A stretch of 64,000 nucleotides of DNA from contig NW_027266275.1 in assembly GCF_022045235.1 (NCBI RefSeq), positions 17,670,001 to 17,734,000 of the forward strand, written 5' to 3'. The notes beneath the pieces are model-generated. The model was not told the DNA's origin. It did not search any database and saw only the letters and a list, made by a program, of their open reading frames with translations. This document shows positions 39,101-49,462 of the stretch, piece after piece (within the stretch, counting starts at the first letter, position 1; each line of letters opens with the position of its first letter). A program made the position numbers and the translations under genes. This DNA is from Haliotis cracherodii. Taxonomy: Eukaryota.

Positions 39101-41060
39101 CCAAACCTGTTTTTCCATGTTAACAATTCCGCTACAGTTGACATGCTTTGCTTCGATAACTACAAGATCAATATAACAATGACAGCATGTTTTGAAGTGA
39201 TAGTTACACAACATAGATTAGTTAATTCAATTCGGAAATACTGGAGAATTTGTTAGTGCTAGTGGTGACGCATGCACTCTAAATATTTGTTTTTGACCTC
39301 ATTTGTTTGCATTTAATCAACTTTGGGAAAGCTTTGCACATTTATGTTGAACTGTTATTATGCAGTATCACTCTCTGTTGTCAGACAAAGTGAAATGCAG
39401 CAAGATTAGGTTGTAAGTTGGCAGTTTCCTATGTTTCTTCTACTATACAGACTTGAACCATCTGCCACAGACAGCTCCAAGCTGATCACAATCTGTTTCC
39501 CAGCATGCTGTAGTGTACTTGTCTATTTTTGACTGTAATTTGTCTTGTTAAAGCTTACAAGTAGAACATTGTCAGGAAAGCTTAGAGATATACAAGAGCT
39601 GTCCTCACTGCTTGGTCACAAATACCATATACGCATGGCTGTTTCAACTTTGTAGAGTTATACAGGCTGAAGTGCAAGAGTAATGTACTAACCCGAGTGT
39701 ACATTGGAAAGATATATACAGGTCAAACAGAATATAGAAAACAGTAACTGCGTGTTTGTGTAAACTTTTTGTGATGTCCTAAATGTGTGGTGTGATATTT
39801 TTTATGTTTTATAGCATGCTAGATGGTGTCATATGACAAAAGTTAAGCAATGAAGGTTTTCTATGTTTCTATAACTATGATACATGTTCCCTACTGCATG
39901 TCTACAGTGAGTTTTCTCAGTAGAGACTGCCGATGCATTCTGGATGTCAGTTTGTGTACAGGTGTGATATATCACGTATCATCTACCTATTGTGTTCTAC
40001 ACGTACCATGAATGCCGCTGGTCACCTGCATGAGGAGATGTAGCAAGTCACGAGTCATTCTGGTCACTTGAACTAAAACAAATGTGATTGTATAATCTCA
40101 TTAGACTGACTGTTAGAAAGCTGATTTTTTTGTTTAAACATTACAGTTCAAACATCAGTCCTTTGTTGTCTAATCTTATGAAGAACAAAGAAAAAGATTT
40201 GTTTTCCTGGTCCAGTGAGATTTCATTATTGAATGTAGGATTATGTTGGTGGGAAAAGTACTGTGTACGACTTCAGCTTGTCAGAGGGCATCCTTTTAAA
40301 CTAGTTCTGTCTAGGAAATGTGTTTTGTGTTTGTTGTTCAGCTCAGCAGAAGCACTGCTCAACGGATTCCTATCAGGTTATGAGGATAAAACAAGGTTGT
40401 TGTGCAATAAACAAAACTGTCTTGTATATAAATAACTTGACCAACATGGTTTAGTCTGTAAAAACAATACCAGGAAGCACTTGTAAAATTTTCCAAATAT
40501 TTCAGTTTTTCGGTAAATGTAAGATTACAAGCCTTCATAACATCACAGCAGAATTTGTGCCCTTACTGCAGTATTCAGTATGAAGAATTCTCAGAGTGTC
40601 AATTTTTGAAAGACTTTGTTCTTATTTTTCAAAGTCATTTCTGCAGCTTTTCAACAGCTTTTTTTTTTAATCTTTTTTTTTTACTTCCTTCCTCAACTTG
40701 TTTTTACATTTCACGTATTTTGTTTATTTTATCTACAAGTTTGAAAAAGTGATTTACTAAAAAGTAATTCATCAATACTTATCCATTTAGTGATATTTGT
40801 TTTTTGAGTCTATTATGGACAAGTGAACCATGGGATGTGCATGCAACCCATATATATACTCCACTATATCTCTGTCACCTCTGTGCAACACCTTAGTCAA
40901 ACTCAATCATTCTGCAAGAGTCTTAACCCCAGAACCCACCTGTTTCAGGCCCTCATCCCGAAGCACGACGACGGCCCGCCAGGTTATTCAATCAATCAAG
41001 ACTCAGGCAGCCGAGGAAGAAGATGACGATGAATCAGAGCAGAATCAGTCTGAAACCTGA
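3150..41060 (+). CDS. MYH9/10 (zip): Non-muscle myosin II heavy chain gene (5'-partial; 33 constitutive coding exons in window)
   Basis: Hand-spliced GT-AG exons total 5381 nt and stay in frame to TGA 41058-41060. Motifs: P-loop [13 protein letters not shown], switch I NDNSSRFGKF, switch [29 protein letters not shown] region, [13 protein letters not shown], long coiled coil and acidic tailpiece. [10 protein letters not shown] and [10 protein letters not shown] are non-muscle/smooth-type features. Confidence 0.97.
4020..4490. mobile_element. MITE with CAGTGTTCCCG TIRs and 6-bp TSD (hAT-like)
   Basis: TIRs CAGTGTTCCCG / CGGGAACACTG, TSD tattat, subterminal GACTGG/CCAGTC motifs. Confidence 0.8.
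4958..5150 (+). mobile_element. SINE family C copy (B-box GTTCGAATC, (ACTC)n tail)
   Basis: Matches 51887-52080; fragments near 17320-17400 and 23725-23810. Confidence 0.75.
5240..5354 (+). CDS. Myosin exon with P-loop GESGAGKT and start of loop 1
   Basis: tttcag|...CCG|gtaaga; [38 protein letters not shown]. Confidence 0.95.
7660..7689 (+). CDS. Candidate alternative loop-1 micro-exon ([10 protein letters not shown])
   Basis: ttttcacag|30 nt, phase 0, no stop|gtaagc. Confidence 0.55.
8016..8033 (+). CDS. Candidate alternative loop-1 micro-exon (NKEFNL)
   Basis: cacctag|18 nt, phase 0|gtaagt. Confidence 0.6.
9682..9726. repeat. (CAT)n microsatellite
   Basis: Seen directly. Confidence 0.9.
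10517..10609 (+). CDS. Myosin exon [31 protein letters not shown]
   Basis: ttacag|...|gtaagt, switch I. Confidence 0.95.
11015..11078 (+). CDS. Myosin exon [21 protein letters not shown]
   Basis: tttcag|...T|gtatccttt. Confidence 0.95.
11079..11430 (+). other. U12-type (minor spliceosome) GT-AG intron
   Basis: 5' site GTATCCTTT; branch site CCTTAAC at 11415-11421, 9 nt from the intron end; no polypyrimidine tract. Confidence 0.9.
11431..11529 (+). CDS. Myosin exon (Y)[22 protein letters not shown]
   Basis: Conserved YLLEKSR motif; donor gtaagt. Confidence 0.95.
11770..11937 (+). mobile_element. SINE-like family A, partial
   Basis: Matches core and tail; internal deletion. Confidence 0.8.
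13501..13644 (+). CDS. Myosin motor exon
   Basis: ccgcag|...[13 protein letters not shown]...|gtgggc. Confidence 0.92.
13710..14288. repeat. 28-bp minisatellite (CCAATGGTATGATGTTTACATGGACAGA)
   Basis: About 20 diverged units filling the intron. Confidence 0.9.
14324..14419 (+). CDS. Myosin motor exon
   Basis: [16 protein letters not shown]...DQATLPDNT; AG/GT boundaries. Confidence 0.93.
14848..14966 (+). CDS. Myosin motor exon
   Basis: AQKACHLLG...[18 protein letters not shown]; AG/GT boundaries. Confidence 0.93.
15402..15554 (+). CDS. Myosin exon with switch II
   Basis: [17 protein letters not shown]...[11 protein letters not shown]. Confidence 0.95.
15960..16106. mobile_element. MITE with 15-bp TIRs
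   Basis: CAGGGATTTATCTAG / CTAGATAAATCCCTG; no clear TSD. Confidence 0.7.
18758..18928 (+). CDS. Myosin relay-helix exon
   Basis: [22 protein letters not shown]...[16 protein letters not shown]. Confidence 0.95.
19191..19355 (+). CDS. Myosin motor exon
   Basis: [19 protein letters not shown]...HYAGR. Confidence 0.95.
19397..20413. repeat. 23-bp minisatellite (GTCACATTGTACCCCGATGGCTG)
   Basis: About 44 near-perfect units. Confidence 0.95.
20953..21067 (+). CDS. Myosin motor exon
   Basis: [21 protein letters not shown]...IWKD. Confidence 0.95.
21285..22275 (+). repeat. 60/64-bp minisatellite derived from a myosin 3' splice site
   Basis: 15 copies of CTCCATGTTACAG|CTGAGATTGTGGG before the true junction at 22261. 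Confidence 0.95.
22261..22442 (+). CDS. Myosin loop-2 exon
   Basis: tttcag|(A)EIVGMG...[16 protein letters not shown]...[14 protein letters not shown]|gtaaat. Confidence 0.94.
22917..23108 (+). CDS. Myosin SH1/SH2 helix and converter exon
   Basis: [30 protein letters not shown]. Confidence 0.95.
23361..23521 (+). CDS. Myosin converter/IQ exon
   Basis: [23 protein letters not shown]...FQSLARG. Confidence 0.95.
24292..24400 (+). CDS. Myosin IQ2 exon
   Basis: [22 protein letters not shown]. Confidence 0.95.
25142..25345 (+). CDS. Myosin S2 rod exon
   Basis: VKPLLQVT...EAEE; AG/GT boundaries. Confidence 0.93.
25784..26022 (+). mobile_element. SINE-like family A copy
   Basis: Starts GACCTGTGAA; imperfect TSD gcc(t/a)ttactc. 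Confidence 0.85.
26224..26372 (+). CDS. Myosin rod exon
   Basis: [13 protein letters not shown]...DLEEQ. Confidence 0.92.
26417..27712. mobile_element. Non-autonomous Tc1/mariner (pogo/Tigger-like) DNA transposon
   Basis: 17-bp TIRs CAGTGATCGCTCGCTAT / ATAGCGAGCGATCACTG, TA TSD, CpG-rich interior, no transposase ORF. Confidence 0.85.
27919..28338 (+). CDS. Myosin rod exon
   Basis: [17 protein letters not shown]...; donor gtaaga. Confidence 0.94.
28613..28757 (+). CDS. Myosin rod exon
   Basis: [13 protein letters not shown]. Confidence 0.92.
28835..29033 (+). mobile_element. tRNA-derived SINE family B
   Basis: A-box TAGCCTAGTGG, degenerate B-box GTTTGATTCC, tail GCTGGAATATTGCT shared with family A, (ACTC)n; short TSD ccaagg. 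Confidence 0.85.
29303..29515 (+). CDS. Myosin rod exon
   Basis: ELEALKTE...LRTKRE. Confidence 0.92.
29882..30193 (+). CDS. Myosin rod exon
   Basis: GKNVMEKNK...QLADAQ. Confidence 0.93.
30240..30470 (+). mobile_element. SINE-like family A, old diverged copy
   Basis: Degenerate match along the full length. Confidence 0.65.
30807..30959 (+). CDS. Myosin rod exon
   Basis: [11 protein letters not shown]. Confidence 0.92.
31216..31383 (+). CDS. Myosin rod exon
   Basis: MAEMKKK...[11 protein letters not shown]. Confidence 0.92.
31768..31880 (+). CDS. Myosin rod exon
   Basis: VEDLT...[12 protein letters not shown]. Confidence 0.92.
32000..32494. mobile_element. Two inverted pairs of Penelope-like pLTR fragments with hammerhead-like motifs
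   Basis: Arms 32000-32058/32083-32144 and 32221-32305/32409-32494; CTGATGA-stem-GAAAC followed by AATAAAGAAG. Confidence 0.55.
32842..33022 (+). CDS. Myosin rod exon
   Basis: ESREKETR...SSKDDVGKN. Confidence 0.93.
33492..33835 (+). mobile_element. tRNA-derived SINE family B interrupted by a MITE (about 33533-33688)
   Basis: A-box TAGCCTAGTGG, B-box GTTCGATTCC, 15-bp TSD actcctaatgccatg; insert ends CAGGGTTAGAAA...TTTCTACCGCTG and recurs near 36609-36745. Confidence 0.85.
33857..34069 (+). CDS. Myosin rod exon
   Basis: VHDLEKARR...[14 protein letters not shown]. Confidence 0.94.
34601..34980 (+). CDS. Myosin rod exon
   Basis: [15 protein letters not shown]...ERDELADEL. Confidence 0.94.
35418..35541 (+). 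CDS. Myosin rod exon
   Basis: [18 protein letters not shown]. Confidence 0.93.
36068..36320 (+). mobile_element. SINE-like family A copy
   Basis: 12-bp TSD acgtttgaatta. Confidence 0.85.
36350..36558 (+). CDS. Myosin rod exon
   Basis: LERQNKDMR...[16 protein letters not shown]. Confidence 0.93.
37173..37281 (+). CDS. Myosin rod exon
   Basis: [24 protein letters not shown]. Confidence 0.93.
37290..37522. repeat. 33-bp (3x11) minisatellite
   Basis: CAGGGTGGATG-CAGGGTAGTCA-CATGGTGGTCG. Confidence 0.9.
37952..38121 (+). CDS. Myosin last rod exon (assembly-competence region)
   Basis: [15 protein letters not shown]...RKLQRD; ends in phase 2. Confidence 0.93.
38399..38410 (+). CDS. Candidate stop-containing tail micro-exon (..FSKM*)
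   Basis: tcttccatttag|CAAAATGTGAGG|gtatgt. Confidence 0.55.
38711..38720 (+). CDS. Candidate stop-containing tail micro-exon (..FRRY*)
   Basis: cctttcag|GAGATATTAG|gtaacg. Confidence 0.55.
40347..40376 (+). CDS. Candidate in-frame tailpiece cassette exon ([10 protein letters not shown])
   Basis: T-rich tract then ctcag|30 nt, phase 2/2|gttatg; NAGNAG alternative at 40350; donor weak. Confidence 0.35.
40949..41060 (+). CDS. Myosin terminal exon, non-helical tailpiece
   Basis: tttcag|(R)[11 protein letters not shown]...[15 protein letters not shown]. Confidence 0.88.
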
Positions 41061-43282
41061 GCTGACTCGTATCCCATGCATAGTATATATGAATATATAT
41101 CCTAACTGTGCTGGTTTCTAAGCCACCAGCCATTCCAATAGTTGTCCATATTATGCATTATATTAACTATTGTATCTATCTCTAATTGATATAACGTGAC
41201 ATTACCATCATTTACTGCTTTAATAATCAAGTTTATCTTTTGAATGGTCCATTATGCTTATGTTATGATGCTGTTATTTTCTGTCTGTACGTTTGATGAT
41301 GATCAACTGAGATTTTGTTTACAATGGAAAAGAACCAATGAACTAAAGGCTGTCTAAGTAGGACTGAATGTTTACGTTTTGGAGACAGCACATGCAGACA
41401 TGGGCATATTTAGATTGAGCTGTAATGTGGTAATGATTGTAAATTTCACACTTTAATCAGAATTGTATTATAGTATGGAGAAATTGATTGAAATGGGTTT
41501 CTGTTATCGATATGTTGGCAATTGAGGGATATCAAATAGACGTTGTCAAGGCATTGTTTAGACATCCAGGAAAGGGTTTAATCAGTCGTCATGTTGGCTT
41601 GCTAGAGTAGTTTCCATCAGTAGCATAGCAATAAATCCTCTTTTCTTTTGTTGCTCACTGAATCTGCTTGACTACGTATGACTGAGTGACAACTCATGAA
41701 AAATCAAGTTTGTCTTTTTTGGGGGTCATATTTCCAAACACAAATTACCAATATTTGAGTGGTATGGGTCAATATGAGTCGACATGGTTTTAAACGCATG
41801 AAAGCTCCATTTTGTCATTTTGACGTGTTGTACCGTCGTATATTTCCAAGAAAGGATTCCAGGTTACAACAGTGGGTTTTTGTTGTTTCTCCCCACAACC
41901 TTCTCTCTTGGAACCAGTGATGAAATCAGTGTACTTAGTTAATGTTTACCCCCAGACTGAAGATACAGGCTTGTGTTTGCATGAGGATGGTGCGTCTATG
42001 TAGCAGTGTCTGTTGCCGGAGATATAGAGAAGCATTAATGTGCTTGATATGAATCAGATTGTGGACTTAGACCCAAGAAAGTTGTTTTTCATGTGACTGA
42101 TGAGCTTGGTCACTTAAATAGTGATTTTATTTCTGATCTTAATAAGTAAAACCACCAAATGGAAACACATTTGGGGATTTGATATATGGACTTTGCTTGC
42201 AACTATTACATTTCACTTTACGTTTAGGGATGCAGTCTTTGTTTAACTGTTTTGTTTTGGTACAATGCTATTTATCATATCACCGTTTGTACATTTCCAT
42301 GCAGACTTTATGTGACAATTTGATACAAGCCATAATCTTGACTGAACAATCCTATGGGACAGCTAGCCACCTCAAAATCACAACTTATAAATCATGACAC
42401 ACACAATAGAAGAACAATACTTCTCATCACAGATTGAGAAACATCAGTATTTGATATTAACTTAAAAATTGAAGTATCGAGGTATGATCAGTATTTGATA
42501 TTAACTTAAAAATTGAAGTATCGAGGTATGTAAAACTACTAATGTTGATGAGGATATTCTATTTTAAAATGTTGGGTTCTCTGCATCAGTTGTTATCCCT
42601 AACTGTACTTTGAGCTGACCTCTGTGAAAGAAAGTTAATATTCTATTTTTAAGATGTTGAGTGAAAGGTTGCTAAGCATTTGATGTGCATCCTTAGTTTC
42701 AATATAAGATTACTAATGTAAGAATGGTTATTTTATTAACATGGCGTGTCAACTGGCTATCAGAACAGCGATAGGAGGATCTGGCAATGGTTAGTCTTGT
42801 GCAGTGCTTGAATAATGTGTAAATAACGTTTCTATGTTTAATTGGTCACTAACATGTGAACAGATTTTAGATGAATATTTTTGTACATTCTACGCAATCA
42901 TTTGACACCATTTTTTTCAGTGAAAACACGCCTCTGCTGCCTTTGTTGTTTAGGACATAATTAGGCCAAAATAGAAAATTTGTAAAAGTATTGTTGTAAC
43001 GAAATTACTAAACATTTCTACCAATGGGAACAAATGATGTATTATAGCTGACTGCCACCGCAGCAATGGTGGTAGGAATGAGCAGGTGCTCTTTTGAGTA
43101 TGCTGTTTTCAAGGGATCAAAATTCTTTTATTAAGTGTTTCTTTTGAGCCAGTCAGCAGTTGATTGCATTTAATCTCAGTGATATATCATGTTATGTACC
43201 TGTTTCCACACGGATTTGATAAGATTGCTTGGCATTGAATACTATCATGATGTATGCTTGGCTGATACACAAAAAAATCTTA

Positions 43283-43288
43283 AATAAA
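43283..43288 (+). terminator. Probable myosin polyadenylation signal (3'UTR about 2.2 kb)
   Basis: AATAAA followed about 15-40 nt later by a GT-rich element (tgtgtgacgtgtccgttgtttattgt). Confidence 0.6.
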
Positions 43289-43894
43289 ATAACTATGGAA
43301 AATGTGTGACGTGTCCGTTGTTTATTGTCATGATCTGCATTCTATTTCTAATTGCTTTGATAAGTCTGTCATGATGAAAACTCGAGTTGGTTCTCCGTAT
43401 TGGAACAGTACTTGGAGAGGAGTGAATATTGTTGACAACAATCATGGTGTTCGGGAGACTTATCCTGTCTTGGAATCTCCACAGGTAGCATGGGCTACTG
43501 CTGACCTATTCCTCAGAGAGACAAACAAGGGAAACTGGGGACATATTCTGTCCTGGAATCTCTGCAGGGAGACGAGCATGGAGTACTGGTGACCTTTTCT
43601 GATATGTAAAAGTGAAACAATGAAAGAACAAACAACATTGGTATGTGTGTTGGTCATGAACAGTTTGCTCATGATTTTATTAAACATTTTTAAACAAATA
43701 GAGAACAAAGCCATATTCAGAAGCCTCAATAATAAGACATGAAAATAATGCCTTTTTATCCCACCACAAAGTGGGTTGAAATACCTTTTCAAAAGCAATA
43801 TTATATGATATATTTGCAACCTTTCCATATCAACTATACAACACACTGTGTTCTGAATTTTTAATTTCAGTTAGTGAGGAATTCTTGATTTGAT

Positions 43895-44125
43895 TCTTTG
43901 TTTAATGCCGCACTCAGCAATATTCTAGCTATATGATGGCGGTCTGTAAATAATCAAGTCTGGACCAGACAATCCAGTGATTGACATCATGAGCATCTAT
44001 CCACACAATTGGGATACGATGACATGCATCAACCAAGTCAGCGAGCCTGACCACCCGAGTCCCGTTGGTCGCCTGTTACGACAAGCATGGGTTGCTGAAG
44101 ACCTATTCTACCCTGGATCTTCATG
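43895..44125 (-). mobile_element. SINE-like family A copy
   Basis: Reverse-complement match to the family. Confidence 0.85.
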
Positions 44126-44269
44126 AAGGAAAGTTTTTAGTTTATGACATGAGATACCTTGCAAATGTCTACTGATACCCTGGTCCCCACAAATTTGAAA
44201 GAACAGATCATCTGACTGTTACTTAAGTCAAACTTGATGAGAGAATTTCTATCTATCAAAACAATACCA

Positions 44270-44955
44270 TGGGATTTGGAACATTGTACACAGTTAAAAT
44301 CAAACTTGTTGCCATGGAAACAGGAAAAAAAATAATTTTAAACACCCCCAAGTAGCAAAAGGCACCATTTGACAAACAGGTCTGTGTGCAAAGTATTATG
44401 AAAGAATACATATTACTTTTAGAGATATGGTATGAACAAACACACCACTATGAACAGAGTGGAAGTCAAACTTGTTGCCTTGGAAACAAAATTTTAATTT
44501 TTTTTAAAAAATCGCAAAAGGTACGACTTCAGCCCTTGGTTAAAATAAGTACCAAGTTTGGATGAAAAATGTTGAATATAGTTGTGCTCCGGAAACGACA
44601 CATACCTCCGTTTCCACTGAGTCTTAATTTGCTTCCATGGAAACATGGAAAAATATAATTTTGAAAAATTCCTAAATACCAAAAGGCACCACTTCAGCCC
44701 TTGGTTAATACATGTACCAGGTTTGGATGAAATGCCTTTTTCAGTTTTCAAGTTTTTTTCCGGAAACAACACCTACCCCATCACTTTTGAAACTAAGTAA
44801 AAATAGTTTCCAATAAAAATGTACAAAGTCCATAAATAGCAAAAGGCACTACTTCAGGATTTGTTTGATATATCTGCCAAGTTTTGCTGAAAAAAATTGA
44901 ACAGTTTTCGAGTTTCGAAATGATTACAGACAGACAAATGGACATACAGACGAAG
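44270..44955 (+). mobile_element. Helentron/HINE-like non-autonomous element with about 180-bp internal repeats
   Basis: Recurrent AAAAGGCACCACTTCAG...TACCAAGTTTG units and GACA microsatellite; homologous to 52250-52742. Confidence 0.6.
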
Positions 44956-45790
44956 CATCAACTCTGCATTATCTTTCAGTATTTTGCCATGTTAAATGTT
45001 AATGGAATATGAACTATAAATAACTATGCCAACACCCATCATGTCATGATTATGTCAAATGTCATGGTCACTTTGAAGGTCATTCACTCCTCACTTACTC
45101 AGTACTGTCATGGTGAGGTAGAATAAGGTTAAACTTGTGTACATAATATCAATGATTATTAAACTATTATGACGACGTCACGCTATTGTTGTTGCAGCTG
45201 ATCCTGAGCCAGGAATTAACTGGCCATTTTGCACTATAGGTCAATAGGCCAAACGAAATAGAAATTCTACAGCAACCGTAATACATTTTAAGTTGGAGAA
45301 TCATTAAATCTGTTGGTTCCTGAAGTAGAAACAACAGATCCTCATTATTTCTCCATTAAGTGTTAAAAAAATATTTGTCCGATCACTAGGGTGACCTAAT
45401 GAAGGTCAAGGTCACTAGAAACCTTATTGTCAAAATATGGAACACCTTATTTTATTCTATTTTGATACACGACATTTTATTATGATACTAATACATCAGT
45501 TTTCATCTTAACTTGCCATGTGTCAAGGTCATTTATCATCCAAAACTGGCTCCCACAGGAGATATGCTTAGGTGAGATCAAGCAATATCTACACTGTAGA
45601 TATCGCTGCAATGAAATTGCATCACAATGCTTTGCAGACCATTGTGACGTCATTGGTTACCGTGACGTCACAATCATATGACATCACTAATGGCTCTGCT
45701 ACAGAAGCTGTAAGCAGTACTTTTTACACTTAAGACACTGCTAATTACTGTCTGCAAACTGAAAAAGTTGGAAGAATGATGTTGGATGAT

Positions 45791-46485
45791 AAATAAAATC
45801 TCATCCTCGTGTCTTTTGATATGAATTATATCAACACTCGATAAAAGTGGAAAAAATCCTTGGCAAGCCTCGGAGTTTTCCCACTTTTATCATCTTCCCA
45901 AGGCAAGGAAGTTAACTGACTAAAAAAGTCCAGTTTCCACTCTTGCGGAACTAAGCTGGTATTATGGAGTTACATTTTGGCTGGACTAATGAGTCTATGC
46001 ATAGTCTAATCAAAATTTTGCATCGAAATCGAAATCCGGTTCGTAAACTGTCCTGCAGATATCGGTTGATTGCACGATTTGCAAAGCATGTGCACCTTCA
46101 ACTCGTCAACAGATATTTTCCAAATCTTTTCATGTTTTTAATCAAGGTGCTCACGCATTGCACGATGTCAGACCCATTTTATCACAATATAGATCTTGAT
46201 TATTGATCAGATCGTCTTGACGTGGCGCCACTGTTTTGTTTCAAGCAAATGCAAGTGATACAAGAGGTGGAATCTGATTGGTCTAAAGGAGAGGATCAGG
46301 AGGGACATAACTCGTAATAGCCACTGGTGGCACTACGATCGAGCCCAGGAATTCCAGCCTAGTTCGGCAAGGGTGGAAACTGGACTTTTAAAGTCAGTTA
46401 ACTCTCTTGCCTCGGGATGATGACTTTTATCAACTTGTGTGGATATATTTGATATCAAAAGACACTCGGGTGAGATTCTCTATTT
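45791..46485. mobile_element. Fold-back element containing a nested TIR element (45891-46422, 8-bp TSD acttttat)
   Basis: Outer arms form a palindrome; inner element has about 70-bp imperfect TIRs CATCTTCCC...GGGATGATG. Confidence 0.75.
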
Positions 46486-47274
46486 CAAAGTTACAAAAGA
46501 CAACCATAAATGAAAAACACAAACATGTAACATAAAGCTTACATAAAACTGAACCTGAACATAGACATCAATGTGATCACCACACCCATACGATACTAAC
46601 ACCTCCGAGCTTTCACACATACGAGTCACCTGATTGGCTGCTCAGTACTACAAGGCATAAACAGACCACAGATTGTGTTTCGTGATTGTTGAAGATGAAT
46701 TTCAATCTGTTCAAACAACAATGAAACAACAATAACAAACAATGGAAAAGAACTGGTACACACAGGTTTGAGATTCAAGCACGCAAGGTACACACATGAT
46801 ACCTCACGCTTTCTTTGATTTTGTTATTATCTAAAGCAAATTGATCAGGAACCTGTTCCATAAAGCAAACTTAGTGCTAAGTTGGTCGTAGCTCCCATAC
46901 TTTGCATATAGGCTAGCGACCAGCTTAGCAGGAAGATTGCTTAGTCGAACGGGTTCAGCATGGATATACTATCAGAGAGAAAAATCAGATCCATCTCACT
47001 ACAAGATCACAGTGAAAGGTTGAATAATGTGCTTATTACAAACAAGGAAACTGGCAATGTGATATATAATATATAATATTATGCTGAGCTATTCTCAGAT
47101 ATCACTCTTGCAGATTTTGGATTCCACCTATAAAGTATGTCAGGATTAAATAGACCTCCAGATCTAGGCAACCTCTACAAACAGATCTAGGCCTCTTCCA
47201 AGTACAGATCTAGGCCTCTTCCAAGTACAGATCTAGGCCTCTTCCAAGTACAGATCTTGGCCTCTTCCAAGTAT

Positions 47275-47781
47275 CAGGGATGTGAAATCTCTGAGGAAAC
47301 GCGTAAAATAGCGTTTTTTCAAACAGTAGTCCTCGGAAAAAATCATCTTCCGCGTAAAAATATAATCAAAGATTTTAAAAACTCCGAAAATATGATCGAA
47401 AACCGGACAACCGTTGCGGATTGTCCTGTTTTCGATCAGAGCTTTCAGCTGCATAGGTTTTCGGACATAATACGTTTTCTATCACGAATACTTGCACTAT
47501 AACATGGGGTGTGGCGTGGCGTGGCGTCACACAAAAAATTGTAAGTTCTCAGAGTCAGATGATGGCTTGTTTTTAAGATAAAGTTGTCTTTTAGCCTGTA
47601 AGTGAATGAGATGTTTTACAGTTGTTAATGTGATTAGCGAGAAAACTATGAATGTTTCTTCAGCGTCCAAAAACCAATAACATGGGGATATATGTTGCAT
47701 TAGTGTCTTATGTTTGCAATGGAGTTGGCTTTTTTCAACTAAAGGTAAGTAAGAAGAAGGTAAGTTTTTTTCACATCCCTG
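47275..47781. mobile_element. MITE (13-bp TIR CAGGGATGTGAAA, 6-bp TSD aagtat) in satellite, copy 1
   Basis: TIRs and TSD seen directly. Confidence 0.85.
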
Positions 47782-48945
47782 AAGTATAAATCTAGGCCTC
47801 TATGTACAGATCTGGGCCTCCTCTATGTACAGATCTAGGCCTCTTCCAAGTACAGATCTGGGCCTCCTCTATGTACAGATCTAGGCCTTCTCTATGTACA
47901 GATCTGGGCCTCCTCTATGTACAGATCTGGGCCTCCTCTATGTACAGATCTGGGCCTCTTCTATGTACAGATCTGGGCCTCCTCTATGTACAGATCTAGG
48001 CCTCTATGTACAGATCTAGGCCTCCTCTATGTACAGATCTAGGCCTTCTCTATGTACAGATCTAGGCCTCTTCCAAGTACAGATCTAGGCCTCCTCTATG
48101 TACAGATCTAGGCCTCCTCTATGTACAGATCTAGGCCTACTCTATGTACAGATCTGGGCCTCCTCTATGTACAGATCTAGGCCTCCTCTATGTACAGATC
48201 TGGGCCTTCTCTATGTACAGATCTGGGCCTCCTCTATGTACAGATCTGGGCCTCCTCTATGTACAGATCTAGGCCTCTATGTACAGATCTGGGCCTCCTC
48301 TATGTACAGATCTAGGCCTTCTCTATGTACAGATCTAGGCCTCTTCCAAGTACAGATCTAGGCCTCCTCTATGTACAGATCTAGGCCTACTCTATGTACA
48401 GATCTGGGCCTCCTCTATGTACAGATCTGGGCCTCCTCTATGTACAGATCTAGGCCTCTATGTACAGATCTGGGCCTCCTCTATGTACAGATCTGGACCT
48501 CCTCTATGTACAGATCTAGGCCTCTATGTACAGATCTGGGCCTCCTCTATGTATAGATCTAGGCCTCCTCTATGTACAGATCTGGGCCTTCTCTATGTAC
48601 AGATCTAGGCCTCTTCCAAGTACAGATCTAGGCCTACTCTATGTACAGATCTGGGCCTCCTCTATGTACAGATCTAAGCCTACTCTATGTCCAGATCTGG
48701 GCCTCCTCTATGTACAGATCTAGGCCTCCTCTATGTACAGATCTGGGCCTCCTCTATGTACAGATCTGGGCCTCCTCTATGTACAGATCTGGGCCTCCTC
48801 TATGTACAGATCTAGGCCTCCTCTATGTACAGATCTAGGCCTACTCTATGTACAGATCTGGGCCTCCTCTATGTACAGATCTAGGCCTCTTCCAAGTACA
48901 GATCTAGGCCTCTTCCAAGTACAGATCTTGGCCTCTTCCAAGTAT

Positions 48946-49462
48946 CAGGGATGTGAAATCTCTGAGGAAACGCGTAAAATAGCGTTTTTTCAAACAGTAG
49001 TCCTCGGAAAAAATCATCTTCCTCGTAAAAATATAATCAAAGATTTTAAAAACTCCGAAAATATGATCGAAAACCGGACAACCGTTGCGGATTGTCCTGT
49101 TTTCGATCAGAGCTTTCAGCTGCATAGGTTTTCGGACATAATACGTTTTCTATCACGAATACTTGCACTATAACATGGGGTGTGGCGTGGCGTGGCGTGG
49201 CGTGGCGTCACGCAAAAAATTGTAAGTACTCAGAGTCAGATGATGGCTTGTTTTTAAGATAAAGTTGTCTTTTAGCCTGTAAGTCAATCACATGTTTTAC
49301 AGTTGTTAATGTGATTAGCGAGAAAACTATGAATGTTTCTTCAGCGTCCAAAAACCAATAACATTGGGATATATATTGCATTAGTGTCTTATGTTTGCAA
49401 TGGAGTTGGCTTTTTTCAACTAAAGGTAAGTAAGAAGAAGGTAAGTTTTTTTCACATCCCTG
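48946..49462. mobile_element. Same MITE, copy 2
   Basis: Identical flanks and TSD; differs by a few substitutions and two extra GCGTG units. Confidence 0.85.

Noticed and set aside
39451-39532. Possible alternative terminal exon ([11 protein letters not shown]...)
   Set aside because: An acceptor is present but there is no other support; the peptide is not tailpiece-like.
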